Below, in pieces: positions 37,635 through 50,184 of a stretch of 64,000 nucleotides of DNA. The stretch spans positions 11,036,001-11,100,000 of the forward strand of contig CP075496.1 of the NCBI GenBank assembly GCA_021613535.1, read 5' to 3'. The position numbers and the translations under genes were made by a program. Origin of the DNA: Adineta vaga. Taxonomy: Eukaryota > Animalia > Rotifera. The notes under the pieces were generated by a model that was not told the origin of the DNA, did no database searches, and was given only the letters and a program-made list of their open reading frames with translations. The first letter of the stretch is position 1, and every line of letters begins with the position of its first letter.

Positions 37635-37951
37635 ATGTCAAGTGCAACATATCTATTGGCAGATAAAAATGAAACAATGTATAGAAAGAAAAGGAAAGAG
37701 TTTTGATTTATCATTTGATAAACTTTGTCTTTAGTTCATGGACATATGATCGATTTCTTTCAAATGCATCAATTGAAAAAAAAGATCTAAGTCTACTTGG
37801 ATTTGTTACTGGAATTTTAAGTCTTCTAACTATAATGGCTAGTTTAATCTTTCGAATTATTTTCTATGTCCATAAGAAAATCATATCAGAAGATATTCCA
37901 TTAAAATCTCCATCAATATCAAGTTTCACAACGCACGGATACAACAAGTGA
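37635..37951 (+). CDS. Small single-pass membrane protein (2 exons)
   Basis: ATG at 37635 plus a 56-nt GT-AG intron (37679-37734) gives MSSATYLLADKNETISWTYDRFLSNASIEKKD-[LSLLGFVTGILSLLTIMASLIFRIIFYV]-HKK..., with sequons NET and NAS before the helix. Confidence 0.6.
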
Positions 37952-38096
37952 ATTCTAATCTTAAAAGATTTCAATTGAATATGGCGCAATCAAACGCGCA
38001 TGTTTTCTTTTCAAATATAATCAGTTACTAAGATAAAACAAAATTTCATTTTATTATCTATTTCTTTTTGTGTTTGTGTATTTATCTCTGAAAATA

Positions 38097-38444
38097 ATGA
38101 AATTTAATTTTGATTCCAAAATTCTTTCACTTCAAATTCCAAGTGGAATTCTTTTGGGTATTTTATCTGTATTAATCTCACAATTTATTCACATTCCATT
38201 AATACCAATAAAAATTCAAATACTCATTTGTATTATTCTTTTATTAGACATTCTACATTTATTGGGAAAAATTGATATTGATATATCAAATTTATGTCAA
38301 CGACAAAAATTTCAACGAAAAATTGAAAATAATCATCCACAGAAACTCATTCAAATCTATCTTGAAGAACATTTAATCTTTCTTATTTGTTTATTTGCTT
38401 CTTTATTTATCAGCCGATTAGTATTTAGTTCATTTCGTAAATAA
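38097..38444 (+). CDS. Small multi-pass membrane protein, possibly a divergent FUN14/FUNDC family member
   Basis: The pattern QIxxGxxxG, then LLLDILHLLGKIDID, a charged linker and YLEEHLIFLICLF resembles FUN14 topology. Recognised by eye only. Confidence 0.45.
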   Translation: MKFNFDSKILSLQIPSGILLGILSVLISQFIHIPLIPIKIQILICIILLLDILHLLGKIDIDISNLCQRQKFQRKIENNHPQKLIQIYLEEHLIFLICLFASLFISRLVFSSFRK

Positions 38445-38646
38445 TCACGAAAAATAAAATCGTTTTTTTTCTCATTCGAATAAATCTATTTAAACTTCAA
38501 CTACCATTTCATTTGTTCTACATACAAATTTTATTGAATTCTAAAAGAAAAATTCTTATTCTCATTATCTATTTATATCTGTATAAAAAAAACACTATCA
38601 ATAAAATCAAATCTATGAATTACAAAATATAACAAACAACGAACGT

Positions 38647-39819
38647 TCATTTCATATTATTAGTAAATATTCCGAATATTTTTTCATATTTATTACATTC
38701 ACCAATAAAATTCCATGAAATTTGTTGTGTGAAATTGCCCATGGATTTTTTCTTCACTAATTTTTTATACATTTTGGTCATTGTCGTTTTTTCTCGGGAA
38801 TTTATTTCATTATCAATTAACATCCAAATCTGATAAATCATTTCGAATCTTTCAAAATAAATCTCATCAATCAATTGAATTTCATAAAATTTTTCCATAA
38901 GTATAAGAATAGAATAAAGAATATGACGTAGATTTGGTAAATCCATATTTGCTTCTAGATGATTTCAAAAGAAATGTCAATAGATCGATTTAAGATAAGT
39001 AAATAATTACTTTTGATTTTCTTTTGATCATCTTTAAGGTAACGTCGAAGAATCGAATCATTTTCAAAATCTCCATAGTCATCATCAAATACGAAACTTT
39101 GTTCGACACGTACAATTGACACTGGTAACATGATATCAAACATATGCAACCAACAATTAGCACATACATTAAATAATGCATGTAAACGTCGACGAAATTT
39201 ATCTAACGGATTTTCTACGAAAAAAATAAACAAACAAATGGTAGATTAAAGAAAGAAGTTTGTTTTCATTGAATTCATTACCGTAGAAAGTACAACATAA
39301 TCGTATAAAATTTAAAAGAGCTTCAGCACGAAAGAAAAATGTTTTTTCAATTCCTTTTTTTTCGATATTTAATTTTAATGCTTTAAGATTTCGTTCTATT
39401 TCCATGATTTCACCCATTATAGCTGCATCCATGGTTGTACCATATTCAACATGTTGTTGCATTAAACGTATCGATTCATTGAACCAATAATAACTGGATT
39501 TCGATATAACAAAACGTGATCGATCTCCAAGTGGATCGATGATAATTAAATCTAAAAATTAAATTTTACCATCGTATATTTATAGATTGACAATGAGAAG
39601 ATGTTTTATTTTTCTCTTACAATCACTTTTTGATTTACATTCAAATACTTGTGGCATATTTGTTTCAATTATATTTTGTATTCGTTTCCAATGTGATGTG
39701 ATATCAAGTGAACGTTTGAATTTTTTTCTAGGTAATGTAGTTAATTCTTCGGAAGGTAATTGTTTCTTTATTGTTGATGATGATGATGATGCACGTTGAA
39801 CAATTGAAACTGTACTCAT
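38647..39819 (-). CDS. Hypothetical helical protein (~4 exons) with a basic NLS-like PRKKFKR
   Basis: ORFs 39580-39837, 39199-39462, 38955-39233 and 38647-38946 can be linked by short GT-AG introns. No family recognised. Confidence 0.65.
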
Positions 39820-41249
39820 AACTGATTTATTTAACAAATGAATAGTGGGTATAAAACAATGTTTGATGGTTATGCTGAAAATGTGCCGTTCATCGAGGTA
39901 TTTTATGGATGAAATTTAATGATAGTCGCTAATAATGTTTTCTCAAATAGATGATTGGCTTTTATGATTTATTTTCACACTTATCATCTTATCGTATTAT
40001 ATAAGGAAAAAAAGAAAGAAAAAGAATTGATTACATTGTTCAAAATAGGTCAGTCTGGTTAGGTTAGGTTATTAGGTGGATAGACTTTAATTTACTTAGA
40101 AATTATCAGGATGAAAGTTTCTCATAGTTGTAATTAAAGGTTCGAATAAAAGTGCGTCTTCTCATCAGAAGAATCTGATATTTTGCGAGATGTCTAATTG
40201 AATTGACCTGTTCCTTACATTTAATAAAAGAAACAATTCTCAGTAGGGGACGACGATTCCATTATGTCTTTGGAGGGCGTAAATAACGATTTATTTGTTT
40301 GATGGATGTCTTAGAACAGTTTTATTAAGAAAAGTAAATAAAAAAAAAGACATGACTTTAAAAGTAGCAACTTATTTAAACAGTAAAAAAAATGTTGATT
40401 CAACCGATCTATTTATAATCATTGATGAAACACAGATATGGATTAGAATAATTCAAATCAATAACTTTTTTCTAAAAATAATCAAAATATTCCTAAGTGA
40501 TGCGCGTTGTAACGTAAAGAAATATGCACCACGTGTTCTTTAGTAAATATATGATAAAAAATCTTCTACACTTATTAATCACCCGGAAATAAAAAAATTA
40601 ACAGTCTTGTTCTAATTCAACATGCTAAAACAGATCTTTTCTTTTTATCAAATAAAATCATATAATCTCCATCATCCATACTTATATAATAATCATGATA
40701 TCAGTTAAAATCATGATAAAAACAAATAAATGAACATGTGGTATTTCAGCAACCTTATGAAGAAGAACTCATTACAAACTTTTTATGCGATGCATTATAC
40801 TTTTTCTTGATGAAAATAACTAATTTATTATTATCGTAAATGTAGGACATTTATCATTAAACTGTTGCTCAAAAACAGGAAAGTTCTTTTCCAAATGGCT
40901 GATTCTGAAATGCATTTGCGTAATTGTCTAACAGACATTCATACTACTTTATGTGCGTGATATTTCTAAATGAATGCATTTTTTATTAATGTTCAACAGA
41001 GAAGTTTGTTTATACTCGATTAATTCAGTAAATTAATTTTAGAAATTCATTCGAATATTGTTAGTTAATAAAAGAACGGAAAAAGAAATTTTCAGTTGAA
41101 CTTTAATTTTAATATAGAAGAAATCATAAAAATTGATGTGATACTTTCGAATTATTGAATGAAAACTTTATACTATTTATGTTTTTGTATTTTATTGAGA
41201 TTTTCACTATAGTAAACAACGAAAAATTTCACAAGAATATAGTCAGATT

Positions 41250-42857
41250 TTAAAATAGTTCATCTTTTGTAATCCAATCATTTGCATCGAAATATGTTGG
41301 TGCATTTTGTGTTGTTGAATGATGTTGAATTAGATGATGTTGTTGTTGATGATTTGAATTATTCAAATGTTGCATGGATGTTGTTGGTGGTTCAGATTCT
41401 GATAATAATTTTTCAATTTCTTTTGCACCATCTGCTAAATCGTACATGGATGTTTCAACTTTATTATTTATACATTTAAATGTTAATTCAATAAAATCTG
41501 CTCGATGAAGTATTGGATTAAAGAATGATTTAATCTCTAATGTCATCGGTATTAATGATTGATTATTTGGATAAACAAAATGACAAGCTATTGGTTCATT
41601 TGTTGTTGTTGTTGTTGAACGTAATAATGATTGATGAACATGTCCTTGTTCTTGTTTAGGTATGAAATCTAGAATAGATTTATGACGAAATGTATCATAA
41701 GATACCGATGGTAATGTTGAAACTGAACGATCAATAAGAAAGATTTTCCAATCATGTGGTGAACATCGACAACGAAATGTAAATAACTGAGGATTTTTAT
41801 ACATATTCATATTTGTTTCACTATATTTAGTTAATAATGGTAAATGACATATACCAATAAATGCAAGAATACCTGGAGCATTGGTTTGTAAAGGTGTTAA
41901 TGAATGATCCAGCATTTTTGTCATACCATCAATATTAACCGATGAATATGTTTCACTATTTCCTTGTTTCAATCGACAATCGAAATGAATTTTAACACCA
42001 ACACGTTGATTTAAAGACATTAACTGACTTTGAATACGTAATAGATCTTCTGGATGAACAAATGAAAGCAAATTCTGTCCTAACCATTGATCAGGTGGAA
42101 CATTAAGTACGCGATTAATTGAATCAGTAACATGAATAATACAGAATGAAGAAGATTCAACTGTTGTAACGAAAAGGAAAGCATTACTTGCTTCGATTGT
42201 TAGAAAATTTAATTCATTATCGGTTAAATTCGATGGACGTAGGGGATCATGTTTATGTCGTACATTCATTTCTGTAATTTGTTTAGCAGCTATTCTAAGT
42301 AAATCAAGATGATGTAATTTAGCAGATTTTGAATCATTTCGATCAGCAATTAAACTTGATAATTCACGAAAATGTGCTTTTTCTAAAGCACGTCGTTGAG
42401 CTTCAACTTGAGTATGTTTTTCACGTTTACGTGCAAGATCAGTTTCTTCTTCTTCTTCGTCATCGTTATCATCTGAACTACCTTCTTCTGCTGATGTTGT
42501 CAAATGTGATGCAGTTGTCATAGTTATACCTCGACCTGATGGTAAACCACGAGAAAAATCTATTGATCGACGTTGAAATGTTGGATATGCTGTATCCGAA
42601 ATATTGCTATTGTCACTATAAATCGAGGCGGGAGAATAACTTGCATCTGTGTCAATGGTAGCTTTTCGTTTTTTCGATGTTGTCATTCCAGATAGAGTGG
42701 ATTGAGCCATTATAGGCATTGGATTTGGATTCATTGATGTTGCAGGACCTAGTCCGAAAATCTCACTTTCAATTGATGTATCCGGCGCATTGGAAAGAAA
42801 ACCATCCGTATTTGGATATGAATTATATTCAGGGTAGAAAGATACTGGATTTTGCAT
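41250..42857 (-). CDS. Divergent class II (ARNT/BMAL1-like) bHLH-PAS transcription factor, intronless CDS
   Basis: Basic region ARKREKHTQVEAQRR. PAS-A entry RPSNLTDNELNFLTIEASNAFLFV and WLGQNLLSFVHPEDL parallel ARNT [23 protein letters not shown] and VHPDD. PAS-B is degenerate. Confidence 0.88.
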   Translation of the reverse strand: MQNPVSFYPEYNSYPNTDGFLSNAPDTSIESEIFGLGPATSMNPNPMPIMAQSTLSGMTTSKKRKATIDTDASYSPASIYSDNSNISDTAYPTFQRRSIDFSRGLPSGRGITMTTASHLTTSAEEGSSDDNDDEEEEETDLARKREKHTQVEAQRRALEKAHFRELSSLIADRNDSKSAKLHHLDLLRIAAKQITEMNVRHKHDPLRPSNLTDNELNFLTIEASNAFLFVTTVESSSFCIIHVTDSINRVLNVPPDQWLGQNLLSFVHPEDLLRIQSQLMSLNQRVGVKIHFDCRLKQGNSETYSSVNIDGMTKMLDHSLTPLQTNAPGILAFIGICHLPLLTKYSETNMNMYKNPQLFTFRCRCSPHDWKIFLIDRSVSTLPSVSYDTFRHKSILDFIPKQEQGHVHQSLLRSTTTTTNEPIACHFVYPNNQSLIPMTLEIKSFFNPILHRADFIELTFKCINNKVETSMYDLADGAKEIEKLLSESEPPTTSMQHLNNSNHQQQHHLIQHHSTTQNAPTYFDANDWITKDELF

Positions 42858-43310
42858 TGTTTATAATGTGTAAAATAAAAAATAATGATCAATATAAGTA
42901 TCTTGAAACTTAGAAAGATAAAATGAGTTCGCCTACGCAAACACCGGTGTGCATGATTTTTAACATATTTGTGCACTATTTATCGTCATACGCACGTAGG
43001 ACGTAAATAATAATAAATTCTGTTCTTTTTCTTCTCTTCTTTTCTTGTCTCAGTTTTTTCTTTTCTCGTCACCCACCTTCATCATTTTTTATTCCTCTTT
43101 TATTATTACCTGAATGTTTTGACGAGACGATAACAAATGAAGCTTTTTTTTTCTCTACTATTTACTTGCCATTTTTTCCTCTTTTTCACTGTCGTTTTGG
43201 TAGTAAATCGTTTTTCTTTTTCCTACTTTTTTTCTTCTTGTTCTTATAACTCAAACGACTTTTCTTGATTAAGACTTAACATAGAAAAACGTTGCTTTTT
43301 CTTCCCTGAT

Positions 43311-43814
43311 CTAATAATTTATTGGATAAGAAATCGAAAGGAAAAATAACGATAGGATTAGAAATCTATCATTCTTAGAAAAATTTGTTCGATTACATCC
43401 ATCAGTTGTACAAAGAGTAATTGTTCCTTGCATTTTGATTTCACCATCAATACCAGCAAAGTTTTTCAAACGAAAATGTCCTGTCGAATCTAATGATCTT
43501 GTTGAATCCATGATATTTTCTGTAATACATGTTCGTAAATAGAGAGGTTTATGAACTAATGAACGATTTAAACTAGTATCAACATCAACAATAATACCAG
43601 ATATTTTAACACAAAATCGAGCAGGAAATAAGCCATTTCTATCGCGTATGGTTGCTTGACATTCATATTCAAGTCGATTATCAATTGGATTAAATGGATC
43701 TTTACAGGGATCATATTGAAAGTCAGTTGTCATACATTTAAAACAAGATAATGATTGAATTTGTTCAATACAATAGAAAATTATTAGAACGATAATAGTA
43801 GGAAAAAACATCAT
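43311..43814 (-). CDS. Ly6/uPAR three-finger GPI-anchored protein, quiver/sleepless-like
   Basis: Signal peptide, LSCFKC..CKDPF, FCVKI, YLRTC, LCTTDGCN and a hydrophobic GPI-signal tail. Confidence 0.85.
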   Translation of the reverse strand: MMFFPTIIVLIIFYCIEQIQSLSCFKCMTTDFQYDPCKDPFNPIDNRLEYECQATIRDRNGLFPARFCVKISGIIVDVDTSLNRSLVHKPLYLRTCITENIMDSTRSLDSTGHFRLKNFAGIDGEIKMQGTITLCTTDGCNRTNFSKNDRFLILSLFFLSISYPINY

Positions 43815-45462
43815 TTATGATTGCAATCTATTTCCTAGAATTTGTATATGTTTGTTTCTATACTTGATTTCTCAACTATTTTTTTTTCTCTTACTTCGTC
43901 GATGATTTTTTTTTCTGTGCTATCGTGCTCATAAAGAACTAACTAACTAGCAACATTCAATAGCTCTCGTTGTAATTCGATGTTAATAATAGTTACTACT
44001 ATTACTGTATGTTTCTTTTTCCCGAGCTCCTTCTTCTTCTTCGTCGTCGTTGTCGTTTTTTGTTGACACGACCTGATGAGATGCATATGCATTTATTGAA
44101 GAAATAAGATGTTCGATATCTTTTTGTTTTTGTTGAACTCAGGAGAATTGCATATTGACACGAAAGAATATTATTATCAATTATAATAAATGAGTACTTT
44201 AGCAGAAAACGAAGACATGAAAAACATTCTTTGTTTTATAATTTCTATTTAGCAAACGTATGTTTTATGTTAAATAATTGTTGATTTAATGTCAAAGAAG
44301 TTTAACTTCCCGAGAGGATTAAAAATAATTCTTTTTTTTGTTTCATCTGGAAGAAAATTGTTTAAATCATATAGCGTTTTTCAAAAAGGAATTTGTTAAA
44401 TTTGATGGAAAACAAACAGATGTTGTAAAAAGCCTTGAGATTTTATGATTATATATGATGGTAAACAAGTTCATCGATGTTTATTTTAATAAACTTGTCA
44501 CAATTTTGTATGTATTGAATTCGTCAAATTTTAGATCGTATTATCTATATCCCATAGAGCATATCGTTCGATTCTTTGACAATTCAGATAATTAGTTTTA
44601 TGGTATATTTAAAAATAATTAATATAATTGATGTTTCTCAAGAGAATTGTTTTAGTTTCTTACAAGATTAATATGATTCCATGTGATGGAGAAGATATTT
44701 ACAAAGATCGATCTTCCAGTAACAATATTAAACTTTGATCATTCAATGGAAAGCCTATGATTAAATTTCGAATTCATCTGTAATATGAGAAACATGTTGA
44801 TAGTATGATACTTGATTCGCTTAAAGAAATTGTCACATGAATAAATCATCTCTCTTTGTTTCTCATCTATTGAATTTACTAGAACAATAGCGTGGGTTGT
44901 ATATAGAATTACTCTTTGTATGTTTAATATATTATCACATGTATTGGCAATGGGTCATTGACGTCAGCAGTTGCAAATACTAGAATTGACAAAAATGTTA
45001 AATAGAAATGTTCTGATAATGGATAGTAAACAGATAAAGTTTATAGTTCATTTTTACTAGTAAGAATAATGTTGTTATATGTGTATATATACGATAGACA
45101 ATCGAAATAAGATAATCGAATATAAAATAAAATGTCAATGAAGAAAACAGATTTACATAAACTTTTCGAAGCGAGATGCTGACATTTCGTAATAAAACAT
45201 AGATAGTTGGTGATGATTTCGAAAACTTCGATAGTTATAATATAGATTTTGGAAAATGTCGTCATCTAGCGTCATCTACATAGACATTTTATTAAAAAGT
45301 ATATCGTCTATGAATAACCAATCAAATCGAAGATGTATTTCTACATTACCTTTTTTGTTGTTTTCCTTTACTAAGCTGTAATACGTCGATTGTTTTCTAT
45401 TGATAGCAGTTGTAATTCTTATTTCTATTGCCATTTAGATTATTTGAAATAAGTTCACAAAG

Positions 45463-48355
<2,893 letters not shown>

Positions 48356-48510
48356 AAAAAAATTCACATGTTTTTTGTTTGTCTTTGTCTTTGTCTTCTT
48401 TTTTCTTTCTGTCTTCTTTTTTTTGTATAAAAATCGTTTTGTTTCTTCAGCAAGAAAAAATTCAACTAACCACCTGAATTTTCAGATAGTTAATATTTAC
48501 TTTGATAAAC

Positions 48511-49123
48511 ATGACAGATTCAGAACTTGATGCAATTCGTGCTAAACGTCTTGCAGAATTACAACAACAACAACAATTAGGTCAACAACGATCTCCAGGA
48601 GTCGATTCGAATGATCGAAATTCCGCAGAAGAACAACGACACAAACAAGAAGATATGCGTAACACCATGTTAACTTCATTATTAACACAAGAAGCACGTG
48701 CACGTTTAAATACAATTTCATTGACAAAACCCGAAAAAGGTCGTATGGTAGAAGATATTCTTTTGCAAAATGCGAGACGTGGTGCATTCGGTGGTGGAAA
48801 AGTAATAGAATAGAACTAGAAGAAGAAAAACAAAAGAAGACATACATATTTGGTTTGCTTTAGATTAGTGAAGAACAACTGATTGGATTATTAGAACAAG
48901 TTAGCAAAGCTACTGAAAAAACAACAAAAGTTAATGTAAGAACAGGATATCATGAAGAGACTTCACTTGATAGAAAAAAGAATTAATAACATACGTGTAA
49001 AACTAGACTAATGAGATATGACTACTATTGTAAAATGTTTATTATTGGAATTAGAATGATTGATTTTTTTTTCTATTCTAGTTTGATCGACGACGTGCAG
49101 CACTTGATTCAGATTCAGATTGA
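48511..49123 (+). CDS. PDCD5: Programmed cell death protein 5
   Basis: MTDSELDAIRAKRLAELQ, LLTQEARARLNTI, KPEKG, ISEEQLIGLLEQV, FDRRRAALDSDSD*. Three exons. Confidence 0.95.
48947..49019 (+). ncRNA. Candidate intronic box C/D snoRNA
   Basis: Terminal stem ATATC/GATAT, C-like box ATGAAGA (48952) and D-like box ATGA (49011) inside an enlarged 146-nt PDCD5 intron. Both boxes deviate from consensus. Confidence 0.3.
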
Positions 49124-49326
49124 TTGAATTAGTCATCTCTTTTTTTTTCTCTTCAACTTCTTTTTTATATTCTCTACTGTTAGAATGAATTGTAAACGCT
49201 ACTAAGATATTGTTAAATAAAACAAAAAATACATCTGCTCAAAGTTGATAGTATATATAGGAAAAAACAGCAATTCTTCTTGTTTATCTTTCAAGATAAT
49301 TACTTTGGCCTTTTAGAATAACAACA

Positions 49327-49983
49327 ATGAAATTTTGGACTTCACAACATGTATTCGAGTGAGTTTATTGTATCAGTCAGTATTCTTTATATCTATTTGT
49401 ATGCACTTTTGATAGTCACGATTGGGCAACAGTTGTTACTGCTGCATTAAATAAATATCCCAATCCGGTGAGTCCAAGTGTGATCGGTTGTGATGTTGTT
49501 GATCGAACCCTTCATCCATCCGGTACTATTCATTCACATCGTCTTCTATTAGCAAATTGGGGTATTGCACCAGCATTAAATAAAATTTTTAATATGAGCG
49601 AACTTGGATATGCTAGTGAATATTCAACAATTGATGCTCGACGACGTGTTATGACTGCTCGAACAAGAAATTTAACATTAAATCGTTTTATTAGTATCGA
49701 GGAACGACTTGAATATACACAACATCCAACTGATAGTTCAAAAACATTACTTAAACAAGAAGCAACAATAAATGTTGAGAATGTACCATTAACTAGTTAC
49801 GTTGAAACCCTTGTTGCCAAAACATTAAATACAAATGCAACCAAAGTACGCGAACTGAAAATTCCCTATTATTTAAGATTAAACTTATTGTTGTTATTCT
49901 TTTAGGGTCGTTTAGCAATGGAATGGGTTATCGAACGAATGCGTACTGTTCCAACAGCTGATCCAACTGAATATTTAGCTTAA
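49327..49983 (+). CDS. PRELID3: PRELI-domain mitochondrial lipid transfer protein (SLMO/PRELID3)
   Basis: [74 protein letters not shown]. Confidence 0.93.
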
Positions 49984-50184
49984 AAATTTATCTTTTATAT
50001 TAGGCCATATTTTTGAAATTATGTGTAATTTCCTTACATATTTTTTTGTTATCTCTCCGGTGCGAAAACAAAACAGTTCAATTAGTAACAGAAGAAAAAC
50101 TCTCCAAATGAGATCTTCTGAATAAAAAAACACAAAATTGTTGACTTCTTCGAAAATAATTTTAGATATGATATAAAAGAAATT

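Noticed and set aside
40057-40076. TTAGG-like repeats as interstitial telomere
   Set aside because: Only about 3 imperfect units.
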